From: Perkinsela sp. CCAP 1560/9 | Taxonomy: Eukaryota; Protista; Euglenozoa: Kinetoplastea | DNA length: 64,000 nt | Direction of reading: 5' to 3' | NCBI GenBank assembly: GCA_965644495.1 | Contig: CBFFSA010000004.1 | Location: 1,054,001 to 1,118,000, forward strand | The notes under the pieces: model-generated | Database searches by the model: none | The model's input: only the letters and a program-made list of their open reading frames with translations | Told to the model about the DNA's origin: nothing | Made by a program: the position numbers and the translations under genes | Part shown: positions 1-9,909 of the stretch, piece after piece | How positions within the stretch are numbered: the stretch's first letter is position 1 | Layout: each line of letters starts with the position of its first letter

Positions 1-224
1 GTGAACTGTCTGCAAGGGTGTGCAGGATGAGGTTATGACGGAAGGTATACCGCCCCTACTGCAGAGCCTGTGATAACGTGGCGCACAGTTTGTACATTCT
101 TTTCAAATGGGGAACTTAAGGTTCGAGTGGGAACTGAGGCTCCAGCGGAGATTAGCTTCCATCGGGTATTACAGAATACAGTGCATTGATTGTAAAACCA
201 ACATCACTGATGAATTAACACATA

Positions 225-770
225 CAGGGGGTGAAGCTCAATCTGGGGGGGGTCTAAAATTTGTAAATGTTAGCCACTTTTAGAAAATAATAGCGCATTC
301 AAGGGCTCTCGCGAATCCCTCTGGTGGAAAGTGCGTCGTTTTCCACACCTTGCATAACGGGGATAAGGTCGAAAAAGTCAATGGCAAGCTTTTTCGGAAA
401 GCTTACCTCAGAACAAGACCCCATTTTGGCGTAACTTTTCAGACGAAGCACTCTACCATTGGTTTTGATCTGCCCAATGAATGGCAAAGGGCCTTTTAAG
501 AACCTTCTTGGTGAATGCACTCATCTTTCATTGACGGATACTGGAAAAATGTAAAACAACATGCTAAAAATACAAAAATAATGCAAAAAATGCCCCTTTC
601 AAGTTCTTTTTTCGTATTTTCCCTGTAAAATAAGTAAGGCTCAAAACGGAAGGAAACGACGTATTTTCCACCAAAGGGATTCGAGAGAGCTTCCGAATGC
701 GCTATTATTTTCTAAAAATGGCCATGTTTTACAAATTTTAGACCCCCCCCAGATTTAGTTGCACCCCCTG
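225..770. mobile_element. MITE, Tc1/mariner-like (CAGGGGG TIR family)
   Basis: TA|CAGGGGGTG...CACCCCCTG|TA (TA at 223-224 and 771-772). Imperfect TIRs of ~120 bp. The same terminus recurs at 23690-23808 and from 61595. Confidence 0.85.
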
Positions 771-1231
771 TATTCCAAACGTTTTTGATAAGATTTTCTA
801 AATAAGCGGCAATAAGATTTGAGTGCAGTGATTATTACAGCTGTTACGTGGGTACGGCCCCATGGATCCACAAAAGCCATGTAAATAGGACAATTTACCG
901 ATGGTTTGGGCCTCGTCCACACCAAGTTAGAACTCCTGAAGAGAAACGCCAAGTTCTGGAAATTTCGGTGGCACTTCGAACCGTTTTGAAGCACTTGAAC
1001 AATAATTGAAAAGAAATTAAACTTGGGCCAAATTTTTGACTCCATATTACCCTATTTGTTTTCTTACGAATAATTTATATTTTATAGTCAAAACGGGTAC
1101 TCGAAAAACAAAGTATTCGATCTATTATCTATCGGAAGCAGTAGTTTTATACAGTAGACTCGGGAAGTATCAATAGACAGGTGTTACTTAGGTGTTACTT
1201 TCCTGGTTGTCCCCATTATTGCGTATTGTTA

Positions 1232-3058
1232 ATGAGTGCTTTGGGGAAGAAAGTTTGGATGAAGGTTGATAATTTCCCCTGGTGGCCAGCACTCACCGTA
1301 GACCCTGAAGCCTACGCATCAGAATTGGAAGAGGGCCATACGATTCAAACCGAGGAAGGTTGGGTGGGAGTGGCATGCTTTGGCACACAGGAGTTCTGTA
1401 CTGTTCCTCCTCAGGATGTCATTCCGTTTGACTCAAATGACAAAGAAAGAATGTGCATTGAGGACTCCAACTTGCAGAAAGCAATCGCTGAAGCGTTACA
1501 ATTTTCAGACACAAACCAAAATACGGGATGTTCTGAGGACGCAGATGCGCTGCTCAATTCCACAGGAAATTCTACAGACCAAAACACTTCTACAAATAGA
1601 AATTCCGTTGAAGTCAGCGGAATCTCTACTGGGGAGGCAGCGCTCCAAAAACCCAGAAGAGCGTACACACTGGAGGACTCAGACAATGAAACTGACTTGA
1701 TTGGTCAATCCTCATATGTAGAGAACAAAACAATCTCCACCGTAATGGATTCCGAGTTACAGGAAAACGAAGATGGCTCATCCGTACAAAGGAATCCTTA
1801 CAAGGACACTCTAATTGAACCAGATCACAATATTACAGGCATTGCTTCTGAAGCGGAATCAGTATTCACCGCTGAAGTCGAGGCTCCAGATCCCACGATT
1901 CTAACTGGGGATAACATAGACTCCAGGGATAGGAAGCACCGTGACAGAGAAAGACACCGAAGAAAAGAGAAAAGACGAAGAAAACGCAGTAAGCATCGCA
2001 GTAAGGAACTCAAGGACGGAATAACTGACGAGATTGATTCTTCTCGGAAAGCAAGTCGACACAAACATAAAAAACGGAGTGTGGAAAAGGGTGGAGATCT
2101 TTCTTCAGTATCCCTTTCCGCGGACAATATCCAGGACCATAGTAAACGAAAATCTACAATTGAATATGACCAGGAGAAACCTCCACACAAAGAACATAAC
2201 ACACGTTCACATCCCATTCTTTCCAACAAAACGTCACACCGGACGCCCACTATTCACACCTCGACTGCTGCACCCACTGCCACCATCCACGTTATTCAAC
2301 AACGTATTTTAGATATTCTCCACACGGAACCTCTTTCCATTCCCAAACTACGCCACGAACTCCTCGAACTTACCTCCCTCGAGTTCAACCTTGAAAATTT
2401 AAGACAATCCCGCATCGGGGTCACCATAACCCACATTCTACACCACCCTCACTGCTCCCCCCTCCGGGCCTTAGCCCGTGCTCTCCTCCTTCACTGGGTA
2501 GGCTGTCTACCCCCGGAAATCCGTTCCTCCCTACGTAACGCCGACAACGACCACCAGGATGACCCTGACCCCCACCCCCACGACGAGACCCCCACCCCCT
2601 CCCCCCCTGCCAAGACCTTCCACGAGGCCATGGCCTCCTCCTTCACCCAGCACCTCCCTCCCGCGGTCGCGCACGCCGTGGAGGCCGCGCTCTGGGGCGC
2701 CCACCCCTCCCACCCCCACCCCGTCTTCCACAACCTGCTCCACGCCCTGCGCGCCAACCCCTCCCTCCGCGGCGGGCTCGCCTCCGGGGCCCTCCCCCCG
2801 GACCGGTTCGTTCGCATGACGAAGGAGGAGCTGGAGAGCCCGGAGCAGCGCGCCGCGTACGCCGCGCTGCTGGAGCAGTCCTCCGCGGGGAGCGTGTCCC
2901 GGGTGACCGCGGGGCAGGTGACGGACCTGTTCCCGTGTGAGGTGTGCGGCCACGGGGAGTGTTCGTTTTACGAACAACAGCTGCGGTCGGGGGATGAGCC
3001 CGCGACGGTGTTTCTGACGTGTCTGGGGTGTAAGCACTCGTTCCGGCAGGAGGGGTGA
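1232..3058 (+). CDS. Transcription elongation factor TFIIS with N-terminal PWWP domain (kinetoplastid TFIIS2-like)
   Basis: KVWMKVDNFPWWPA (PWWP); TFIIS N-terminal-like LRQSRIGVTI; C-terminal Zn ribbon CEVC...QQLRSGDEPATVFLTCLGC. First ATG at 1232. Confidence 0.9.
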   Translation: MSALGKKVWMKVDNFPWWPALTVDPEAYASELEEGHTIQTEEGWVGVACFGTQEFCTVPPQDVIPFDSNDKERMCIEDSNLQKAIAEALQFSDTNQNTGCSEDADALLNSTGNSTDQNTSTNRNSVEVSGISTGEAALQKPRRAYTLEDSDNETDLIGQSSYVENKTISTVMDSELQENEDGSSVQRNPYKDTLIEPDHNITGIASEAESVFTAEVEAPDPTILTGDNIDSRDRKHRDRERHRRKEKRRRKRSKHRSKELKDGITDEIDSSRKASRHKHKKRSVEKGGDLSSVSLSADNIQDHSKRKSTIEYDQEKPPHKEHNTRSHPILSNKTSHRTPTIHTSTAAPTATIHVIQQRILDILHTEPLSIPKLRHELLELTSLEFNLENLRQSRIGVTITHILHHPHCSPLRALARALLLHWVGCLPPEIRSSLRNADNDHQDDPDPHPHDETPTPSPPAKTFHEAMASSFTQHLPPAVAHAVEAALWGAHPSHPHPVFHNLLHALRANPSLRGGLASGALPPDRFVRMTKEELESPEQRAAYAALLEQSSAGSVSRVTAGQVTDLFPCEVCGHGECSFYEQQLRSGDEPATVFLTCLGCKHSFRQEG

Positions 3059-3446
3059 GGGAGGGGGGGAGGGGGGTGAGGAGGGAGAGTGCGTTGGAAT
3101 GAGACTCAGATGGTGTCACCCTTGATAAGCTGTGAAGTGAAGTTCGATCCGGACATTGTTGGGCGCAGCAATGTGATTTTGAATGTTCCAATAAGGGAAG
3201 AATGTTCAAAGTGAGTATGAATATTCATTTTTAGCTGCAGATTTAGCTGAAGTGATACTTGGGATAGTAGTTTTAGCCCATACGGTATGTTAAGAGAAGG
3301 AACTTTTCTGTTTTCCTAGCTTTACACTGTAAAGGGTTTATGGGCTCACAAAAATTCACCATCACACCCGTTATCGTGTTTTTACTTGTAAGTTCCAGTA
3401 CTCTAGTCCAGTACTTACACATTTTCTTGCATAAAATCTCCTTGAG

Positions 3447-4118
3447 ATGATGTTGCTGGATAGTGTTCTAGGCTACTTTGTGATTCTTCAACTGAATTTA
3501 GCGGATAGCAGAAGCGTGCGTTCGCGCACAGGCAAAGCCTCTGCAGCTCTTCTATCTGAAGAAGCTTCGTTGACGCTACTTACACGATTCATTGAAAATC
3601 CCCACGGAACGTGGCAGCCCGACACCCCAGCGAACACATGGCGAGGAGTTTTATGCGATCAGCACCAGCACGTGAGTATCATACGATGGAAACGATTTAA
3701 GCTTCGAGGAAATATGACGTGGCAATACCTGCCCAGAGGCGTGACTTTACTGAACTTGTGCCAGAATGAACTTTCTGGGAATATCGCACTTCAAGAACTC
3801 CCTCAAAAGATTCGTACGTTTTGGGTAGCGGAAAATAAGTATCATGGAACAGTGCAATTTACCGCGCTTCCTGCTTCCATTCGAAAAATCGATCTGTCTC
3901 TCAATAGGTTATCTGGGATAGTAGATATTTCTGATCTTTCCCAGGGATTGGAAAAACTTGACGTGTCGTACAATGCTTTTACGAAAGTGGTGCTTCCTTC
4001 GAAAATACCCGACAGTCTACAAATTATAGATCTGCGTGAAAACTGGATTACGAATTTAGAAGGGCGTGATACACCACAATGTGTTGTGTGGGTCCCCCAA
4101 TCAAATGCAAGTGTTTGA
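3447..4118 (+). CDS. Leucine-rich repeat protein (lineage-expanded family)
   Basis: W..W.GV.C cap followed by ~22-aa LP..L..L.L..N.LSG repeats. Confidence 0.85.
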   Translation: MMLLDSVLGYFVILQLNLADSRSVRSRTGKASAALLSEEASLTLLTRFIENPHGTWQPDTPANTWRGVLCDQHQHVSIIRWKRFKLRGNMTWQYLPRGVTLLNLCQNELSGNIALQELPQKIRTFWVAENKYHGTVQFTALPASIRKIDLSLNRLSGIVDISDLSQGLEKLDVSYNAFTKVVLPSKIPDSLQIIDLRENWITNLEGRDTPQCVVWVPQSNASV

Positions 4119-4395
4119 ATATGGCTTATTGTATTCAACACATGAGTAGTGTTTTTGATGGTGACAGCTTGGGTTGAATTATTTGTTCGTATCGAAGAAG
4201 AATCTTCGAGTCATTAGCGACAAAATTACATTGGAGTTGTATATTGGAGGATATTCTTTTGACTTGTGTGAGTAGCTTTTATGCAGTCCAATGATATACA
4301 GAAAGTGCTTGTCTTCGATTTCTTATTTGAAGTCCTGCAATGATTGAGCAATACTGAAATAAGAAGTGTCATTTCGAAAACCAACGCTCATCAAG

Positions 4396-5679
4396 ATGGA
4401 TCGTCGTTGCACTTGTCATGAAAAAATAACGCTTCTCGATTTCTTGAGCTCACGGTTCTCATACTGGACTAGAGTGAAATGGGAAGCTCGAATCACATTG
4501 CAGATCAGAGAGTTAGCACTACCCGAATTACGATATCGTTCTTCTGAAGTCTCTGTTCCTAATATTCGGTACAGCATTATGCCAGTAGGAAGCGACTCAA
4601 CGTCTGATGGGAGGCAACCAATTTTTATTTGCGTAAACGGATCTCCGGTCAACGAATCGCCCTCTACTTTCAAACTCCGTCCAGGGGATATCATTCAAAT
4701 AAGATCCGATGCCACTGCGGAGCCGAAAGTAGATATCAATTTTCAGGTACTGCATCAGGACGCCGATGTTATAGTTGTGCTAAAGCCACCCAATCTTCCT
4801 GTAGATGAATCCGGCCGCTATTATCACAACACCCTATGCGGTGTCTTGCATACAACAGGCATGACACCTCGGAGGCCGTTTGTGGTACATCGACTCGATA
4901 AGGAAACGTCCGGCATCCTAGTCCTGGCTCTCAATGCGGAATCGGCCCGTTCCTTATCGAAACAGATAAATCATATGCAAAAAGAGTATCAGGCGGTTTT
5001 GGTCGGTCTGCCACCATCCGACACGTTGAGCTCCGAATGCAAATGTGTGCAAGCGGATGCGTTCCGTTTGTCCGACGAAAGTAAATGCCCTAGTTACCGT
5101 ATTTCACATGGCATTGCCAAGGCATGTGAAGTACTCGGAAAGGATTACATGTCTCATCTTCCAGCGCTTCGCAAAATTCGAATGGTGTGTTGCAGTACAG
5201 AATTTTGTGCGGCACATAAATACATGCATTCTAAAGCAAACGGGCGTATTTATCCACACAACGCAAAAGCAAAAGAATCTCACACTTCGCTACAAATTAT
5301 TCGTACGGATACGATGCAAAAGCTTTCTCTAGCGAGAATATCAACACAAACAGGTAGAACTCACCAAATTCGGGTGCACATGGAAGCTCTCGGCCTTCCC
5401 ATCCTTGGTGATAAACTTTATGGGCAGAGTGAAGAAACATTTTGGCAGCTTGCACGAGGGGAGGAGCCACCAATATTTTATTCGTCCCATTCCAATGAAA
5501 GAAATACTGGAGGCTCACCTAGACCCCTTTGTTACGGCGAGATTCCTCACCAACTCCTCCACGCTTCCAAACTTTCTTTTTTGCATCCGAAAACGTTACA
5601 GCGCATGTGCTTTGAGGTTCCTTGTGAATCGTACTGGAAGCTGCAAAACCCTTGCCTTAAATTTATATCGACGGGGTAG
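4396..5679 (+). CDS. RluA-family pseudouridine synthase
   Basis: Motifs VVLKPPNLPV, VHRLDKETSGILV (catalytic Asp), TGRTHQIRVH, PILGDKLYG and LLHASKLSFLHP. Confidence 0.92.
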   Translation: MDRRCTCHEKITLLDFLSSRFSYWTRVKWEARITLQIRELALPELRYRSSEVSVPNIRYSIMPVGSDSTSDGRQPIFICVNGSPVNESPSTFKLRPGDIIQIRSDATAEPKVDINFQVLHQDADVIVVLKPPNLPVDESGRYYHNTLCGVLHTTGMTPRRPFVVHRLDKETSGILVLALNAESARSLSKQINHMQKEYQAVLVGLPPSDTLSSECKCVQADAFRLSDESKCPSYRISHGIAKACEVLGKDYMSHLPALRKIRMVCCSTEFCAAHKYMHSKANGRIYPHNAKAKESHTSLQIIRTDTMQKLSLARISTQTGRTHQIRVHMEALGLPILGDKLYGQSEETFWQLARGEEPPIFYSSHSNERNTGGSPRPLCYGEIPHQLLHASKLSFLHPKTLQRMCFEVPCESYWKLQNPCLKFISTG

Positions 5680-5766
5680 TCTTTCTTCTTGACGGCCACA
5701 AAATGATATCAACGGAATACTTATCGATTTTGACAATTGGATTTGGAAGAGTAAAAAAGCAGCCAC

Positions 5767-6473
5767 TTGGGTAGGATTCTGTTGTCTTCTTACTGTGCTT
5801 GGTTAGCGTTACGTTTCTTCGCGTTTAAAGAATTCTCTTTTTCGAAACCAACGTCTTTGCATTATTTTTATGTGATTCGCGGCTTTCTGGCACACTCCAT
5901 TTGCAAAGCCACAGATGCTCCGAAGAGCAGCACAACACGTGCAGGTGATGTCAGGGGCATGTTTCTACCTCCGGAATGTGAACTCGCAAAGTTTATTAGT
6001 AATGTTGGAAATGTGCATGACTCATGGAATAGCGCTACAGCGGCATGTGAGTGGGATGGCGTGACGTGTAATGACAAGGGCGAAGTCTTCCACATTGCTT
6101 GGGAAAGTCGGGGACTGTCTGGTACATTGCATTGGAGTTCAATACCACGTTCTGTGACATACATCGACTTGAGCGACAACAATTGAGCGGGTGCGTAAGT
6201 TTTGCGTCGCTTCCTCCTGGACTTGAAAGCATGTGGCTCCAAAACAAAATGTTTACAGGTGATCTTCACCTTCATGACCTGCCGCCCACCATGCGAACTT
6301 TGAACATCTCTGTAAATCAGTTTACTGGCTTTGTCGATCTTTCATACCTGAAGGGTTCAAAGATTACCGGATTTGAGATAACAGGTAATACGAATCTCCG
6401 AGGATCAATTCCGAAAGGTATTCAACATAAATATGTTTGGTGGGGTTTTCCGGCTGCTTGGGTTCAGAATTGA
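5767..6473 (+). pseudogene. Frameshifted LRR protein gene
   Basis: The LRR cap (ACEWDGVTC) lies in ORF 5767-6186 and the repeats continue in ORF 6099-6473. One base is missing at ~6180; restoring it gives DNQLSGCVSFASLPP. No clean upstream ATG. Confidence 0.7.
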
Positions 6474-6759
6474 ACATAGTGACATGTATTACACCCGGAG
6501 CAGTCCATGATAGATAATTTGTTTCAGGTTTCTTTATATCCGTCGCTTTCGTACCCGTCGAGCATATCTATTTCAATGTCACCACTTGACTGCATCGATA
6601 GGCTCAACAATTTTAGAAACCCGGCGTGAAACACAAAAGTTATTGAGCCGGAGTCATGGAGTTTGCAGCAAGTATAATTAAAGAAAATTCGAAATAAATT
6701 CGGAAAGAAAGACAGTGGCAGAAAACTGTTTCCTTGATTAAGGTTTTCTTATTTTTTTA

Positions 6760-7652
6760 CAGAGGTCCGTAAAACTAAAAAAACTATTTTATAGTACTAT
6801 TATAGTACTATAAACTTTGAAACACTATATATAAAAACTATATTTTTTTACTATTTTTCTTAGTAATTTTTTTCTGAAAGTATTGCTTGAAATGCCGACT
6901 CGACGCAATATATATTTTTATCACTCCCATTTTCTTGAAAGATTTCTCACTATTTTTCTCATCATTATGCCCAAGCGTCGTAGTCAAGCTCAAATCGTTT
7001 TTTCACACTTCGTTGAAGTCGATGGGGAAGTCGACCTACTTTAATTTCAGATGTGCTCCAGCCCAGACGCCTTGTCTTCTTAGGTCGCCTTTCCTGCCGA
7101 AGTATAATGTGTAAATGTGAAATAGCGGGTAAATGATTCTTCAAATTTCTTCAAAAGATTATTAATTTTGCAGATATTGAATCTTGCAGACTTTGCGATG
7201 TGTTTTTGTGTTTTATCTGGCCACTAAATACGCCACGTCTAGGATCCAACGAGTGATCTAACGGGAACTCGTTGAAGGACAACTGTAATGCGGTTTGCAC
7301 GGTACAAGGAAAAAGCATTATGGGAAGAACTTGTGAGCTATAGGATACCGTCTTTTTCCATTTCTGCATAAAAACTACAACGCTTTTCATTTTTTTCTAC
7401 GCGTCAGCGTATCCACACCACTTGCTCCACCTGACATCACGTGACCCCTCTAAACCTCTACAGCTCCATCGGCTCTCTCCTGCCCCGCGAAATTCCTCCA
7501 GGTCCATCGACCGATCTGTCTACCGCGTGCCTTTCTGGACATGAAACACTGATAAACACCATATTGTTTTTATAGTACTATATAGTGTTTATAGTACTAT
7601 AAATTTTCTTGAAACACTATAAACTATCTATAAATAGTTTTAGGGACCTCTG
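6760..7652. mobile_element. hAT-like non-autonomous element / MITE
   Basis: 18-bp TIR CAGAGGTCC(G/C)TAAAACTA. 8-bp direct flank TTTTTTTA at 6752-6759 and 7653-7660. Subterminal TATAGTACTATA palindromic repeats at both ends. Confidence 0.8.
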
Positions 7653-7751
7653 TTTTTTTATTTCCTTTAATTTTATTTCCGTTCCCATGGTAAGCAGATT
7701 TAGCATATTTAGTTGGCTGATAATGCATTTCATTTTTTATTCCACTTCTTC

Positions 7752-8357
7752 ATGGGTGTCATCTTTTATGTTCCTAATTTAATAGGATATTTGCGTATTG
7801 CACTGCTACTGTGGGCTTTTGCCGCTGAAAACATTGAGAAAGAACTGTTCCTTTCGCTTTATGCATTTTCATTTCTATTAGACGCTGTGGATGGGTGGGC
7901 AGCACGATACTTCTCGCAGTCTAGCACGTACGGTGCGGTACTAGATATGATCACTGATCGCGCTGCCACATTAGCTCTCGTCATGGCGCTTCTCAAAATA
8001 CATCCGACCTTCTCCTTGGCATTTACAGCGCTAGCCACACTAGACTTAACGTCCCACTACACGCGTATGTACGTTTCATTTAGTGAACGAGCAACGTCTC
8101 ACAAATCGGTGAAAAAGTCATCCTCAGCGCTGTTGCGCATTTACTACACTTCTCGTATAGTAATGGGTGCACTTTGCGTTGGACAGGAGGCTTTTTACTT
8201 GTGGTTATATTACAGTCAAGATACAATAACTTTGATTTCTCAAATAGTATCGAGTTGGGCGCTCGGGGCTATCTTTGTACTGTTCGCTTTGAAGCAATGT
8301 GTTAATTTTCTTCAACTTTGTGAGGGCATGATTTCCCTTAGTAAATGTAAGAAATAA
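7752..8357 (+). CDS. PIS: CDP-diacylglycerol--inositol 3-phosphatidyltransferase (PI synthase)
   Basis: YVPNLIGYLR and the CDP-alcohol phosphotransferase motif DAVDGWAARYFSQSSTYGAVLDMITDR. Confidence 0.92.
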   Translation: MGVIFYVPNLIGYLRIALLLWAFAAENIEKELFLSLYAFSFLLDAVDGWAARYFSQSSTYGAVLDMITDRAATLALVMALLKIHPTFSLAFTALATLDLTSHYTRMYVSFSERATSHKSVKKSSSALLRIYYTSRIVMGALCVGQEAFYLWLYYSQDTITLISQIVSSWALGAIFVLFALKQCVNFLQLCEGMISLSKCKK

Positions 8358-8837
8358 CACAAGGCATGTGTTGAATATTTAGACACGGTGAATATTATAG
8401 CTAACAATTGACTCAAACGTGAACTAACAAGTAATACACAAAGCGCGCGGGAAGTAAATTTTGGTAACCATAATACAAGTATAGGACAGTTGCAATATAC
8501 GGTACCACAGGTGTAGTGCAGCTGAAGCAGTTAAAACATCCTTAGCTACAGTATTCGGAGGGGATTTAGTTGACCTTGGCGTTTGTACATAACGTATAAA
8601 GAAAGTAATGTACCGGTCACGAAGCCATTGGTTTTCAGGTATACCATTTCCATAATGGGCTTTACGTAGCATTCCTTCTTAAAAACTATTAGGTTTCCTT
8701 AGAATGTCCCCCTCATTATTTTTCCGAAATCGGCATACTTTTAAAGAGGATACAGTAGACAAGCGTTGATTTCTTGTCATAATTTTCTACTTTTTCATAT
8801 CTCTTTGTCGCAAACTCCATTGGTCTAAATAACCACC

Positions 8838-9707
8838 ATGTACGTCTCACGTCGCGGTAAGCCCACGAAAGACCTCATCCCTCAGAAAGAGCTCATGATG
8901 CAGTTTGTGGAGGGACTCCATACACGACACCCAAGCTGGAATCGCGACTACACAGACTGGTGTGGCGTAACTCACGAGATCTCCGTGTGTACGTGGAAGG
9001 GACTCAGCTGTAACTCCCACGAGCACGTCACCTTTATAAAATGGGTCCCGTTGGTCTTCCCGCTGCAAGGGAACCTGAGCTGGGAGTATCTCCCCAACCA
9101 ACTCACCGCGGCGGGAGTTTCCTCTCATCCTCTTCTTCGTGGAACCCTCTCGCTGGATTCCCCTCCCACATCCTTATGTGATCTTCGTGTGCAACACAAC
9201 GCAGTGGAGGGAGAACTGAACTTGGCGAATCTCCCCTATGGCATTAAACGTCTCGTGCTTTCCAGAAATCGATTTCAGGGGGGAGTTGACTTAACCCAGC
9301 TCCCGGAGACCCTGGAGGAGCTTGATCTCCATGGGAATCTTTTGAGCGGCCTGTTCGAATGGGGAAACAGACTCCCCCCTTCGTTGCGGCAGTTATGCCT
9401 GCAGCATAATCAGTTCTATGGGCGGGTAGATTTCGCACATTTTCCGGAGGGACTCACTCACCTTCTGTTGTTCTGCAACGATTTGGAAGGTAACGTCGCC
9501 TTGGAGGGGTTGCCGCAAAGTTTGTCAGTGCTGTTGATTCAGGGGAACCGGTTTTGTGGCATTGTTGACCTCAATCCTGTTCTTGATCTCCCAGCTTTAA
9601 AGAACGGACATTTTGTGAGTGTGGACGTGGGACAAAACCGTTTTTCAGGTTACGTTCCCAACGGGAGGTTACCGACAAGTGTGAGGTATGAGGTGCAACT
9701 TCCATAA
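8838..9707 (+). CDS. Leucine-rich repeat protein
   Basis: VCTWKGLSC cap plus about 7 LP..L..L.L..N.F.G repeats. Confidence 0.88.
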   Translation: MYVSRRGKPTKDLIPQKELMMQFVEGLHTRHPSWNRDYTDWCGVTHEISVCTWKGLSCNSHEHVTFIKWVPLVFPLQGNLSWEYLPNQLTAAGVSSHPLLRGTLSLDSPPTSLCDLRVQHNAVEGELNLANLPYGIKRLVLSRNRFQGGVDLTQLPETLEELDLHGNLLSGLFEWGNRLPPSLRQLCLQHNQFYGRVDFAHFPEGLTHLLLFCNDLEGNVALEGLPQSLSVLLIQGNRFCGIVDLNPVLDLPALKNGHFVSVDVGQNRFSGYVPNGRLPTSVRYEVQLP

Positions 9708-9909
9708 CACTTTTATTGGCTTCGTCATTTTGTCGAGTCGTAGCCAATCCGTATGCTCCGACGCTTGTAATCTACTCGTACACCTACTGCTCCGACTACT
9801 CCTACCAGTAGTGTTTATTCAATGCAGAATCATATTTAGATCTGCAGAGGTAAATTTCTACCTATGCTACGGTCGCATACGACGACCCCGCATAGGCTGT
9901 TTTACTAGC

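Noticed and set aside
1-189. Possible 3' end of an upstream gene
   Set aside because: The best frame has a stop at 28-30 and no recognisable motif.
2491-3209. Overlapping Gly/Pro/Arg-rich ORFs on both strands (also around 26189-27076 and 38218-39153)
   Set aside because: Shadow ORFs produced by stop-poor GC-skewed DNA overlapping real genes.
9720-9812. Target-site duplication or poly(A) tail for the retroelement
   Set aside because: No direct repeat shared with 15450-15510 and no A-tail could be found.
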